Below are positions 8,229 to 18,272 of a stretch of 48,155 bases of DNA, piece by piece. Origin of the DNA: an uncultured Candidatus Saccharibacteria bacterium (GTDB lineage: Bacteria > Patescibacteriota > Minisyncoccia > Phycocordibacterales > DATDWN01); NCBI GenBank assembly GCA_964597675.1, contig CAZQYV010000001.1:10903-59057 (forward strand). Reading direction: 5' to 3'. A program made the translations under genes and the position numbers. The stretch's first letter is position 1. Each line of letters begins with the position of its first letter. The notes under the pieces are model-generated. The model ran no database searches and was not told where the DNA came from. It saw only the letters and a list, made by a program, of their open reading frames with translations.

Positions 8229-10403
8229 ATGGAAATGATGCAAAAAAGAATTGAAAACTTTGTTTTTACTGGTAAAAAGGTAGTTCATCGTCATGGATGG
8301 CGTAATATAACCTTATTTATAGGTGCATGTTGTTTATTTATTGGTGGCCTTGTCCTTTTGTGGGTTTCAACTTTTACCATCCCCTCTCTCGACACACTTG
8401 AACAACGAAAAGTCAGTCAGTCGACAAAAATATACGATAATACAGGCAAAGTCCTTTTGTATGATGTATACCAAACAAAGAAAAGAACTGTCATCCCTTT
8501 TGACAGTATTTCTTCATATATAAAACAAGCAACCCTGTCAATTGAAGATAAGGAATTTTATACACATCATGGTATAAAACCAACCGCTATCATACGCGCT
8601 GTGTTTGTAAACCTTATAACACTGGATTTCACGCAAGGAGGTTCAACGATAACTCAACAAGTTGTTAAAAAAACAATGTTGACTGATGATAAAACCCCAG
8701 CACGAAAATTAAAAGAATGGGTTATTGCTCTCAAACTGGATAGAATGGTTTCAAAAGATGAAATTTTCAATATATACCTAAATGAAATCCCTTATGGTGG
8801 TAGTATTTATGGGGTTGAAGAAGCTAGTGAATCATATTTTGGCAAAAGTGCACAGGATGTCACTATAGCAGAAGCAGCATATCTTGCTTCAATGCCACAG
8901 GCACCAACATATTATTCTCCTTATGGAAAAAATAAAAATAAATTAGACGAGAGAAAAAATGTTGTTTTAAAGGAGATGTTCCGTGATGGAAAAATAAGCA
9001 AGGAAGAATATGACGCTGCTGTTGCAGAAAAAGTAGTCTTTTTAGCAAAAGAAGATAAAGGTATTAAAGCGCCTCATTTTGTTATGTTTGTGAAAGATTA
9101 TCTTGAAAAAAAATATGGACAAGATGTGTTGGAGCAGGGCGGGTTAAAGGTTACCACAACTCTTAATTATGAATTACAAGCTAAAGCAGAGGAGATTGCA
9201 AAGAAGTATGCATTTGAAAACAAAAAAAATTTTAATGGTGAAAATGACGCTTTTGTAGCAATTGACCCAAAAACTGGTGGAATCCTAACCATGGTTGGGT
9301 CCCGTGATTATTTTGATAAAGAAATAGATGGTCAATTTAACGTAACTACTGCTCATAGACAGCCTGGATCTACATTTAAACCATTTGTTTATGCAGAAGG
9401 TTTTTTAAAGGGATATACCCCAGAAACAGTATTGTTTGACTTACACACTCAATTCGCAGCAAAATGCGCAATTGACAATATGACTAGTACAAATGGTTGT
9501 TATGCACCTGAAAATTATGACAATAAATTTAGAGGCCCTATGACCCTCCGTGAGGCCCTTGCTCAATCGATTAACATTCCATCGGTCAAACTCCTATATC
9601 TAGCTGGAATCAAGGATTCAATCAATCTGGCGCGTTCTATGGGTATACAAAGTCTTGGTGATGCAAATCAATATGGTCTAACTCTTGTTCTTGGAGGTGG
9701 TGAGGTATCTCTTTTGGATATGACTTCTGCTTATGGTGTATTTGCAAACGATGGTGTTAGAAATCCATATACCAGTATAGTAAAAGTTGAAGATAAAAAC
9801 GGAAAAATTTTAGAAGAAATATCTCCACGACCAACCGCAGTTCTTGACCCAGAGGCTGCAAGAAAAATATCTGATATATTATCAGACAATGTCGCACGAA
9901 CACCTGGATATGGAGCAAATTCAGTCCTTTATTTCTCTGGTCGTGATGTAGCAGTCAAAACCGGTACCACAAACGATTACAAGGACACGTGGATTATTGG
10001 ATACACTCCAAGTGTTGTTGTTGGTACATGGGCTGGAAATAACAACAACACTTCTATGGAGAAAAAGGTTGCTGGCTTGATTGTTGCGCCGATGTGGCGT
10101 GCTTTTATGGATGAAGTAATAAAAACAATACCTAATGAAACATTTCCAAAACCACAACTTGAAAATTCATATGATATAAAACCAGTATTACGAGGTAAAT
10201 GGCAAGGTGGTGTATCAAATATCCAAAGTGGTGATGCTGGAGAAGCTATAGAAACACTTTCTGGTGGTATACATTCAATTCTTTATTGGGTTGATAGAGA
10301 TAACCCACGTGGTCCACAACCAACAAATCCAAGTAGTGATTCACAATTTGAACGTTGGGAATACCCTATTCGCGTATGGGCACAAAGTCAAGGAATTCAA
10401 TAA
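8229..10403 (+). CDS. Class A penicillin-binding protein (glycosyltransferase GT51 + transpeptidase)
   Basis: N-terminal TM helix. GT51 motifs EDKEFYTHHGI and RKLKEW. Transpeptidase motifs STFKP (SxxK), SIN (SxN) and KTGTT. Confidence 0.9.
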   Translation: MEMMQKRIENFVFTGKKVVHRHGWRNITLFIGACCLFIGGLVLLWVSTFTIPSLDTLEQRKVSQSTKIYDNTGKVLLYDVYQTKKRTVIPFDSISSYIKQATLSIEDKEFYTHHGIKPTAIIRAVFVNLITLDFTQGGSTITQQVVKKTMLTDDKTPARKLKEWVIALKLDRMVSKDEIFNIYLNEIPYGGSIYGVEEASESYFGKSAQDVTIAEAAYLASMPQAPTYYSPYGKNKNKLDERKNVVLKEMFRDGKISKEEYDAAVAEKVVFLAKEDKGIKAPHFVMFVKDYLEKKYGQDVLEQGGLKVTTTLNYELQAKAEEIAKKYAFENKKNFNGENDAFVAIDPKTGGILTMVGSRDYFDKEIDGQFNVTTAHRQPGSTFKPFVYAEGFLKGYTPETVLFDLHTQFAAKCAIDNMTSTNGCYAPENYDNKFRGPMTLREALAQSINIPSVKLLYLAGIKDSINLARSMGIQSLGDANQYGLTLVLGGGEVSLLDMTSAYGVFANDGVRNPYTSIVKVEDKNGKILEEISPRPTAVLDPEAARKISDILSDNVARTPGYGANSVLYFSGRDVAVKTGTTNDYKDTWIIGYTPSVVVGTWAGNNNNTSMEKKVAGLIVAPMWRAFMDEVIKTIPNETFPKPQLENSYDIKPVLRGKWQGGVSNIQSGDAGEAIETLSGGIHSILYWVDRDNPRGPQPTNPSSDSQFERWEYPIRVWAQSQGIQ

Positions 10404-10658
10404 TCAGTGTATATCTACAATTGGAGTTTGTATTTGTGATTTAATTTCTTTTAAAATAATATCTTTATAAATATATAGTTTGTTTTTTAATGCTGGTGAT
10501 CCACTACAAACAACTATACTATTTTTTATTTCTATAGATTGGGGTGGTAGTTGTATACCTGTACATTTTTCAATGCTTTGACAAATTAAATGTATATCTT
10601 TTTCAGAATAATCAACATTTTTTGTTATTTTTTCTAAAAATGATTGTATATTAAACAT
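10404..10658 (-). CDS. Small DUF721/DciA-like protein downstream of dnaN (tentative)
   Basis: 84 aa, lying 10 nt after the dnaN stop. The segment IKNSIVVCSGSPALKNKLYIYKDIILKEI resembles the DUF721 core. Its stop abuts the PBP stop with zero spacer. Confidence 0.45.
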   Translation of the reverse strand: MFNIQSFLEKITKNVDYSEKDIHLICQSIEKCTGIQLPPQSIEIKNSIVVCSGSPALKNKLYIYKDIILKEIKSQIQTPIVDIH

Positions 10659-10668
10659 TATCTAAATA

Positions 10669-11769
10669 CTACTTATTCATCGGCATAGCGAGGTATAAAA
10701 ATGACTTATCACCCACACCACGCACTATCATAGGTCTGTTTACATCTGCAAATGTTAAAGAAACACTATCACTTTCAATTGACTGGAAACAATCAATAAT
10801 ATATTTATAATTAAAACTCATCTGTATATCATCACCTTTTATTACAGCATCAATTGTTTGAATGTTTTCGCCAACATCAAGGTTTTTTGTTGTGATTGTA
10901 AATTGTTTTTGTACTCCAGAAATATTAAAAGTAACCTGACTAAATTTATCTAGAAAAATATTTGATATTTTTAATGATGAAATTAGATCTTGTTTTAATA
11001 CAACAACCTCTGTTTTGTTTTCTTTTGGAATAATTTGTTTGTAATCAGGAAATATACCATCAATCACTCGAGATGTAAGATATATATCCTCATATGAAAA
11101 TGCAATCTGGTTTTGGTTTAAATAAACACTAATATCACCTTTTATATCCTCAATTGTTCGTATAATATCCGGTATATTTTTAAATGGTATTAAAATTTGG
11201 CTAAAATCCTTATTTTTTTTAATATTTACTTTCTTTTCAGCTAAACGAAATGAGTCCGTCGCAACAAAAACAACATGATCTGTATCTGGATATACCAAAA
11301 CACTAGAAAGAACAGGTCTCATTGTTGATGGTGATGCACTATATAAAACTGATTTAAGACCAGTAATAATGTCATGTGTACTAAATGTAATAGGTTTTTC
11401 ATCCTCTATTTTTGAAATAATAGGAAAATCATCCACAGGAGATGCTTTTATAATTGCATATGAATGTTTTGTTGATACTTTTAAATTTCCATCAATAACT
11501 TCCAAGGTTACATTTTTATCATTCTGAAGGTTTGAAATGAAATTATTTAGAACACTACCAGAAACGGCAACACTACCAGCAGTAATCATTTTAACTGGTA
11601 AACTCATTTCAACACCAAGATCTAGATTTGTTGCTTTAATAGTTAGTATAGAATCAGCCACTGTCAGCAATACACAACTCAATACAGGTAGAGTAACATT
11701 TTTACCTGTAATTCTTTCCGCTTTAATTAAAGCTCTCGATAATTTATCTTTTACACATTCTATATGCAT
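10669..11769 (-). CDS. dnaN: DNA polymerase III beta sliding clamp
   Basis: 366 aa, three-domain clamp-sized, MHIECVKDKLSRALIKAERITGK start, C-terminal PMNK, and located directly after dnaA. Confidence 0.9.
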   Translation of the reverse strand: MHIECVKDKLSRALIKAERITGKNVTLPVLSCVLLTVADSILTIKATNLDLGVEMSLPVKMITAGSVAVSGSVLNNFISNLQNDKNVTLEVIDGNLKVSTKHSYAIIKASPVDDFPIISKIEDEKPITFSTHDIITGLKSVLYSASPSTMRPVLSSVLVYPDTDHVVFVATDSFRLAEKKVNIKKNKDFSQILIPFKNIPDIIRTIEDIKGDISVYLNQNQIAFSYEDIYLTSRVIDGIFPDYKQIIPKENKTEVVVLKQDLISSLKISNIFLDKFSQVTFNISGVQKQFTITTKNLDVGENIQTIDAVIKGDDIQMSFNYKYIIDCFQSIESDSVSLTFADVNRPMIVRGVGDKSFLYLAMPMNK

Positions 11770-11993
11770 AATAGTTATTTATTTTTTGATTAAATACTCC
11801 TTTATTATTAGTACTGTGTATATCTGGACTTCTCATAAATATCAACCTGTATAGCCATATATATCATACTCCTACTGTGGATAGACCACCTAAAACTATT
11901 TCACTATACCTGCATTACTCCTCCATCATACACCTATCCACTTTTTAATCCACCACTTATATACATACTTATCTTCATCCTATCCACATACTT
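11770..11993. promoter_or_regulatory. Candidate oriC: DnaA-box cluster plus AT-rich stretch in the dnaA-dnaN spacer
   Basis: DnaA-box-like 9-mers: TGTGGATAG (11876-11884), CTATCCACT (11934-11942), TTAATCCAC (11945-11953) and CTATCCACA (11980-11988). The AT-rich region 11770-11870 is a possible unwinding element. Confidence 0.6.
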
Positions 11994-13337
11994 TTACACA
12001 AGAATAGAACGAAGTTGATTTATTTCTTGAAGCAATGATTCATCGATTTTTAAATCATTTTTAATCTTTTCACATGAATGCATTACTGTTGTATGGTCTC
12101 TACCTCCTAATTTTTCTCCAATTGCTGGATATGATATGTTAAAATCTTCCCGAAGAATATACATTATTACCTGACGAGGTTTAATAATCTCTTTTTTTCT
12201 AGTTTTATCATACACAGACTGCTCTTCTATGTTATAAAATTCTGCAACAGTTTTGACTACTTCTTTTGTTGATACTAATTTTTTTGGTTTTGCACTATTT
12301 TTTACAAAGTTTTTAACTTCAACAAGTGTTAATTCACGTCCTTTAAGTTGAGATTGACACATAATTGAATTAATCACACCCTCAAGCTCTCGTATATTTC
12401 CAGTAACAGAATACGCAATATAATCAATAACTTCTTTGTTTGGTGGGTATTCATGTGTGTCCGTCTTAGTTCGTATAATAGCTGCACGAGACTCATTGTC
12501 TGGGGCAGGGATATCTACAATCATTCCGGCACTAAAACGAGATTTTAAGCGATCCTCAAGGTCTTGGATAAGACTAGGGTGTTTATCAGATGAAAAAATA
12601 ATTTGTTTATTGTTTTCATATAGATGATTAAAGAGATGGAACAGTTCTTCTTGAGTCTTCCATTTATCAGAGAAAAACTGAATATCATCCATAATCAATA
12701 CATCATATTTCCTATACTTCTCTTTAAAAAAGTTAGGTTTATTTGTTTGAATAGCATTGAGGTATTCCTGACCAAATTTTTCAGATGTTGTATAAAACAC
12801 CTTTCGTCCACTAGTGTTTTTTATATAGTTCCCTACTGCTTGAATAAGGTGTGTTTTTCCATGTCCTGTGTTTCCATAAATAAATAATGGATTGTAGACA
12901 ATACCGGGTTTCTTTATCACTGCTTGTGCTGCAGCATGAGCAAACTCATTAAATGGTCCAACAACAAACGTTTCAAATGTGTATCTGGGGTTTAGATTAT
13001 CTTCTTTGTTGATATAAAAATCTTGCATTGGTAACTCCTTGTTTACCAATGGTGTTTTTTCCAAAATTTGTTGTTTTAGTTTAGGTTCATCTTTAGAGAT
13101 GACATATTGGAGTGATTGCACAATTGGAGAAAGAGATCGAAGAGATTTTAAAATAAGGTTGTGAAATTTATGAGAAAGCCAATCTTGGACAAATGTGTTA
13201 GGAACACTAACATATACCGCGCCATCTTCTTGCTTCACAATACATGTATCTTTAAACCATGTATTAAAATTGGGTTTTGATAAGTTCAATTCCATCTCGA
13301 CCAGTACGCTATCCCATAGTTTTTTATTGTCCATCAT
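11994..13337 (-). CDS. dnaA: Chromosomal replication initiator DnaA
   Basis: Walker A GNTGHGKTHL, DDIQFF, RELEGV and a C-terminal DNA-binding domain IGEKLGGRDHTTVMHSCEKI. The likely start is MMDNKKLWD (13337 or 13334) after AGGAG. The track ORF is extended upstream. Confidence 0.95.
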   Translation of the reverse strand: MMDNKKLWDSVLVEMELNLSKPNFNTWFKDTCIVKQEDGAVYVSVPNTFVQDWLSHKFHNLILKSLRSLSPIVQSLQYVISKDEPKLKQQILEKTPLVNKELPMQDFYINKEDNLNPRYTFETFVVGPFNEFAHAAAQAVIKKPGIVYNPLFIYGNTGHGKTHLIQAVGNYIKNTSGRKVFYTTSEKFGQEYLNAIQTNKPNFFKEKYRKYDVLIMDDIQFFSDKWKTQEELFHLFNHLYENNKQIIFSSDKHPSLIQDLEDRLKSRFSAGMIVDIPAPDNESRAAIIRTKTDTHEYPPNKEVIDYIAYSVTGNIRELEGVINSIMCQSQLKGRELTLVEVKNFVKNSAKPKKLVSTKEVVKTVAEFYNIEEQSVYDKTRKKEIIKPRQVIMYILREDFNISYPAIGEKLGGRDHTTVMHSCEKIKNDLKIDESLLQEINQLRSILV

Positions 13338-13452
13338 GACTCCTATTATATAGGAATGAAAAATTATACATACTTGTTTAAAACCATTAAATATGTTAAT
13401 AATATGTGTATAAGGTGTTGAGAACTTTTCCACCGCAATAATCATTCATTTT

Positions 13453-13590
13453 ATGTCTTTCACATACCAACCAAAAAAACGAAAACGAGCAAAAGCACAT
13501 GGTTTTCTCGTTCGTAGCAAGTCAAAAACAGGTAGTAATACCATTCTTCGACGAAGACGAAAAGGTCGTACAAAACTCAGTACAGTCTAA
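13453..13590 (+). CDS. rpmH: Ribosomal protein L34
   Basis: Too short for the ORF track. Hand translation: MSFTYQPKKRKRAKAHGFLVRSKSKTGSNTILRRRRKGRTKLSTV. It sits in the classic position before rnpA. Confidence 0.9.
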   Translation: MSFTYQPKKRKRAKAHGFLVRSKSKTGSNTILRRRRKGRTKLSTV

Positions 13591-13600
13591 TCACCCCCCT

Positions 13601-13942
13601 ATGCTTCCCATAAATAGACGTATTCCACGAAAGGATTTCCCTTTCATACTACAGTCTGGGAGAAGGATAAATAGCCCTCATATATTGGCTTATATATTGA
13701 AAATCGACACAGAAAGCCCAAGTCGATTTTCTTTTTCTGTGTCAAAAAAGGTGGCAATAAATGCTGTTGACAGGAATAAGTACCGAAGACAAGGGTATTC
13801 TATCATTTCCAAACTTACACCACATATACAAGCAGGATACAAGGTTTTTTTCTCTTTTAAAAAAGGAACAGGACAATTTTCCTTTAAAATACTTGAAAGT
13901 GAGGTTATTTCTTTATTAAGAACTAGTGGTGTGATACTATAA
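13601..13942 (+). CDS. rnpA: RNase P protein component
   Basis: Start MLPINRRIPRKDF at 13601, giving 113 aa. Contains the KKVAINAVDRNKYRR motif. The track ORF 13499.. is extended over rpmH. Confidence 0.85.
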   Translation: MLPINRRIPRKDFPFILQSGRRINSPHILAYILKIDTESPSRFSFSVSKKVAINAVDRNKYRRQGYSIISKLTPHIQAGYKVFFSFKKGTGQFSFKILESEVISLLRTSGVIL

Positions 13943-13947
13943 GCCAC

Positions 13948-14679
13948 ATGATTACTTCATTTTTCACTACAACCATTTTTCAGCCTTTATACAACGGTCT
14001 TATTTTCCTTATGGCCAGTATTCCTTTTGCTGATGCTGGGGTGGTTATTATTATTTTTACAATTATTGTAAAACTAGTACTTCTCCCCCTTTCACTCAAG
14101 GCATCTAAGGCGCAAATCGAGATGAAAGCGATTGAGAAAGATCTACAAAAAATAAAAGATACATATAAAGATAATAAAGAGGAATTATCTAAAAAAACAA
14201 TCGAATACTATCAAGAGAAAGGAATCAACCCATTTGCTAGTATTTTAATTTTAATTATTCAACTACCAATTGTTATTGGTCTATACCAAGTTTTCCTTAA
14301 ATCAGGACTGCCAAGTGTTGAAACAACATTGTTGTATACATTCGTCACAGCCCCAGTTGCTATTAATATGATGTTTCTAAATATTATCAATATATCTCAA
14401 AAAAGTGTTGTTTTGGCCATTATTGCGGGCATAACAACATACATGCAAATCAGTTTGGCAAATAATAATCAGCAACAACCATCTGGTAGTGGTATGCAAA
14501 ACGACATTGCACGAGCAATGGCAGTACAAATGAAATATGTTTTTCCTATTATCGTCACCTTTATTTGTTATTCTATCTCTTCTGCATTAGCATTGTATTG
14601 GATTACAAGTAACATTTTTGCTGTTCTCCAAGAAATTTACATAAAGAAAAAATATCACCAGTCTGTTGCGGTGATATAG
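13948..14679 (+). CDS. yidC: Membrane protein insertase YidC (short form)
   Basis: 243 aa, multi-TM, with PLSLKASKAQIEMKAIEKDLQKIK and NPFASILILIIQLPIVIGLY typical of YidC/Oxa1. Follows rnpA. Confidence 0.85.
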   Translation: MITSFFTTTIFQPLYNGLIFLMASIPFADAGVVIIIFTIIVKLVLLPLSLKASKAQIEMKAIEKDLQKIKDTYKDNKEELSKKTIEYYQEKGINPFASILILIIQLPIVIGLYQVFLKSGLPSVETTLLYTFVTAPVAINMMFLNIINISQKSVVLAIIAGITTYMQISLANNNQQQPSGSGMQNDIARAMAVQMKYVFPIIVTFICYSISSALALYWITSNIFAVLQEIYIKKKYHQSVAVI

Positions 14680-14687
14680 TTTTCTAT

Positions 14688-16310
14688 CTATTTTGTAAGG
14701 TCTAATGTCCAAGGGGCACCGTCTCGTTTGTTTATAAAGATCAGATATTGTCCATTATCACTTACTATTGGTTGTGTCACATCAATCGCTTCTCCTGTCT
14801 CATCTACAAGGTTTCCAATAAGTGTAGATGAATTGTCTGATATATCATATTTCCAAATATCATCAGTGTGGGCGGTATACCCTTTATACCAGTCTGTGAG
14901 GCTTGTGGCAGTCAGTAATTCACGTGGTACACCACAATATACTATTGTCGATTCTTTTTTACTCCACGCACATTTTTCTGGAAATGTCACAGGGCCTATC
15001 TGGTTACTTGTTCTATTTGCAATATTATATGTATAAAGTTGGGCACCTGTTACTTGTGATAGGAAAAGGACATTTTTTTCATCAATAGACTCAATCGCAG
15101 ATAGTCCAGCCACAGGCCCTAATATTTTAGTAACCTTACCGGTATTTGTATTTACGTTGTACATATACCCCTTTACGTTTTGATAAGGTTTTGTGACAAG
15201 AGAAACTGTTTTACTACTAACAAATTGTGCCAAAACTTCCTGTAGAGGCGAGGCCCAAATTTGTTTTTTACCAGAACCATCCATTTTTGATACTACTCCA
15301 ATCGATCCAGAACCATTTTTCTTTAGGTAGAATAAGTTACTTCCATATGTTGTAACATCAAAGATATCAGTATCGAGCACAACACCTTTTGTTTTTGCAC
15401 CAATTGTCATACTGTAAGAACTAACAGTGCTGTCATCGTCTCGGACGTATTGAGCAATATATGTTTTTGCACTATCACCCCATACTGCTTTATATATTGT
15501 GGGGATAGTTGTGTTTGAAATACGATCTAGACGTGCTGAAAACATTTCTGCTTCATATACATGACCTGTTGCTCGTTCGATAAAACGCACTGTTGTACCT
15601 TCTGTAGTATCAAATGTCCCTATACCTGCAACCGGCTCGGTCGATAGTTTACGTAGCTTCTGGTCGTAATTAGGGTCAAGGGAAGGATCAATATCTGTCT
15701 GCTCCCCATTGGTTTTTGTTGTGGTTGTAGCGGAGGTGACTGGTGTGTTGTCTGTATTATCTCCTCCAAATGGTAGAAATTGTTTGAAAGAAAAACCTCC
15801 TCCACTATTCCCCCTTGTATTACCAGAACCACCACTTCCTGTTCCCTCACTTCCGGAGTCGGTACCATCAAATATATCAATAAACTCTGTCCATAATTCA
15901 GCTATTTTTTGTGTAATTGTCTTATCAGTACTTTTACTTGTATTATTTCCTGATTGATTGTTTTGAGTGCCACCACTCCCTACACCACCATTTGCTGTAT
16001 CTACTCCTGTGTTGTTTGGGTCCAACGGATTAAATTCCTTGTATCCAGAGTTAGTTGATGTGCTTGTATCTCCAGCATTTATGTCAGTCGTTTCGTCATT
16101 ACTACTCGATGTTTGTGATGAAGATCCGCTTGAGTTTGATCCATTTGTGTTTCCACTGCTGTCTCCAAATAAAAAAAGCTCTTTAAATGAAAATGATCTT
16201 CCGGCAGATTGTGCTTCATTTGATTTGGTAATATACAAAAATACCATGACAAGAATAATCAAAATAATGATCGTTGCAGAAATGATGATAAGTAATTTTT
16301 TACGTGACAT
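14688..16310 (-). CDS. Membrane-anchored protein with long S/G/N/T-rich linker and beta-rich C-terminal domain (unknown function; last gene of the T4SS-like cluster)
   Basis: N-terminal TM helix LLIIISATIIILIILVMVFLYI, about 170 aa of low complexity, then about 320 aa that are beta-rich (propeller-like?). Only 2 nt separate it from the upstream gene. Confidence 0.6.
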   Translation of the reverse strand: MSRKKLLIIISATIIILIILVMVFLYITKSNEAQSAGRSFSFKELFLFGDSSGNTNGSNSSGSSSQTSSSNDETTDINAGDTSTSTNSGYKEFNPLDPNNTGVDTANGGVGSGGTQNNQSGNNTSKSTDKTITQKIAELWTEFIDIFDGTDSGSEGTGSGGSGNTRGNSGGGFSFKQFLPFGGDNTDNTPVTSATTTTKTNGEQTDIDPSLDPNYDQKLRKLSTEPVAGIGTFDTTEGTTVRFIERATGHVYEAEMFSARLDRISNTTIPTIYKAVWGDSAKTYIAQYVRDDDSTVSSYSMTIGAKTKGVVLDTDIFDVTTYGSNLFYLKKNGSGSIGVVSKMDGSGKKQIWASPLQEVLAQFVSSKTVSLVTKPYQNVKGYMYNVNTNTGKVTKILGPVAGLSAIESIDEKNVLFLSQVTGAQLYTYNIANRTSNQIGPVTFPEKCAWSKKESTIVYCGVPRELLTATSLTDWYKGYTAHTDDIWKYDISDNSSTLIGNLVDETGEAIDVTQPIVSDNGQYLIFINKRDGAPWTLDLTK

Positions 16311-16312
16311 AA

Positions 16313-17182
16313 TTATTTTAATCTTATATGGTAGTGTTCTCCTGTTGACTTAGTATTAACCATAATATTTGCTGGATTAACTCCGGCCTTGATAAACTCA
16401 TCCATTTTCGCCTGTGTAGTGACTTCATATTTTGATGAAAGGCCATTTTTTGCAGCTGCATCAGACAGATTATTAATTGATTTAACCAATGACCCCCCAT
16501 CAGTTAGTACTCCGATTGCATCTATACAGGTGCCATTATTATGGCAAGGATCTTGATGAGTACCAGTAGGTGGATATGCTTCAGTTGCATATAATTTTAT
16601 TTGTTGACTTTTTAGATCATTATTAAATGCTGATAATTTTTCACCTAATGATTGAGCAACAAAGCCACCATCCTTAAATCCAATACCGATACTTGAGAGT
16701 GAGGTGCAGTTGGACCCACATGACGTTGCTGTTATACCAACATCTGTTGATGATATGTTTGGACGGATAATATTTAAATTAAATTTCAAAATATCAGGGT
16801 TTATTGTATATAAAATTGCGTATGCCCCAATAACCAATAAAAGCCCATATACTGCATTTTCAATCCTCTCTTTCGCGTTACTTTTTCCTCCAATACCATC
16901 TGTAGTGACATACTGAAATCCAGCGAAACTCAACATAATAAAGGCCAAAACTGCCGAAACTCCAATTGCAAAAGTAAACATACCCTCTAAATAAGTTTTA
17001 AAATTAGTAGTACAGTCTGTTCCAGTAGGACAGCTATTTGTTGTACCAGGAAGTGGTGCAAGGACGGTATAATCTGTTTGTGTGTTTTGAGCATACAAAA
17101 CAGGTGCAGTGTATGCATATGTAAAAAAACAAAACGTCAGTACAGATAATATTTTAATGCTGTAGTGTAATGTTTTTTTCAT
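16313..17182 (-). CDS. VirB2/TrbC-like T4SS pilin fused to a C-terminal domain with LAS (M15/VanY-like) zinc-peptidase-like motifs
   Basis: Signal peptide, then two hydrophobic helices (FAIGVSAVLAFIMLSFAGF; VYGLLLVIGAYAILYTI) separated by a short charged loop, which is the pilin topology. The C-terminal ~150 aa holds CHNNGTCID and GEHYH, resembling the H-x-x-G-x-x-D and E-x-x-H ligand motifs. Confidence 0.55.
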   Translation of the reverse strand: MKKTLHYSIKILSVLTFCFFTYAYTAPVLYAQNTQTDYTVLAPLPGTTNSCPTGTDCTTNFKTYLEGMFTFAIGVSAVLAFIMLSFAGFQYVTTDGIGGKSNAKERIENAVYGLLLVIGAYAILYTINPDILKFNLNIIRPNISSTDVGITATSCGSNCTSLSSIGIGFKDGGFVAQSLGEKLSAFNNDLKSQQIKLYATEAYPPTGTHQDPCHNNGTCIDAIGVLTDGGSLVKSINNLSDAAAKNGLSSKYEVTTQAKMDEFIKAGVNPANIMVNTKSTGEHYHIRLK

Positions 17183-17185
17183 ATA

Positions 17186-18208
17186 TTAAAAATTATTCCG
17201 TATATTTGTTGGAATGACAAATTGTAGATTGAAACTCATTGATGCTGATTGGAGTATTTTTGTTGCGTGACTTATAGAAACACCAATACGCGACGTACCA
17301 CTAGTCCCCTCTTTCTGTCGAAAGATTTGGTTCCTCTGTCCACTATCAACTGGAATTTGATTACCATTAAGGTTCCACACAAACGCTAATTCACCATTAC
17401 TTAAATTCTGTGTACCAAAGAAATATGGCATCGCAATAAGTTCCATCTCGTTTGATGTGTCCATTGTGTACGTATTTCTAATTGCTTTTTCAAACTTAGT
17501 ACCGTATAAAGGGTGTTTTTGATACATAATAACTTCTGGATCTTGAGGTGACACCACCACTTGACCAAATGCAACTCCAGAAGCATCTTTTGATGATACT
17601 TCTACAGAAACATCGAGGGGCCGAGAAATAACCGATGCAATCATGGTGTATGTGTTCATGCCATATCCGGAAAAGTCTGGCAGAGCACTTCCATTTCGTG
17701 TCCATGTATAAACAAGGTTTTTGGCCGGAATTTCTTGTCCATCTACACCGATAATATGTGGGATCGCAATAAAACTAATTTTATTTTGGTGGCTAAATAA
17801 AGCCTTTCCTCTGTAAAAAGGAGGAACGAAACTTTCTGATTGCCATATGAGGTCAACTGTCGCTGGTTGGAAAGAGAGTGTTTTTGTAATTACATTTCCA
17901 TTTATTGGTTGTATAACGATATCAAGTGTTGTTTGGGATCCAGCTTTGCCTGTAGTAAACGTAAATGTTGTTTTTCCTGTTCCAGATTGTGTATTTCCTC
18001 CGTTTACCTTCCATACAATAGACGCTTTGTTTAGATCTGTACTATAACTTTCAAGTTGCACTTGAACTGTTTGGTCAGGACCTGGATTTTCAGGGGTCAT
18101 TTTAACATTCACCACATTTTCTGGTGTCTGGTTAAATTGTGCTTGTGCAATAGAAAAAACGCCACACAGAGAGAAAGCAATCATAAAGACGAGAAGTACC
18201 CTATTCAT
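17186..18208 (-). CDS. Secreted beta-rich protein with two internally similar halves (unknown function)
   Basis: Likely start MNRVLLVFMIAFSLCGVFSIAQA at 18208 (signal peptide). Contains Ig-like beta-rich repeats. Only 3 nt separate it from the pilin gene. Confidence 0.6.
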   Translation of the reverse strand: MNRVLLVFMIAFSLCGVFSIAQAQFNQTPENVVNVKMTPENPGPDQTVQVQLESYSTDLNKASIVWKVNGGNTQSGTGKTTFTFTTGKAGSQTTLDIVIQPINGNVITKTLSFQPATVDLIWQSESFVPPFYRGKALFSHQNKISFIAIPHIIGVDGQEIPAKNLVYTWTRNGSALPDFSGYGMNTYTMIASVISRPLDVSVEVSSKDASGVAFGQVVVSPQDPEVIMYQKHPLYGTKFEKAIRNTYTMDTSNEMELIAMPYFFGTQNLSNGELAFVWNLNGNQIPVDSGQRNQIFRQKEGTSGTSRIGVSISHATKILQSASMSFNLQFVIPTNIRNNF

Positions 18209-18272
18209 TACTAGTATTGTACCATACCACTCTCTTCTCACTACAATTTTTATACACAATTATTAAAAAATC

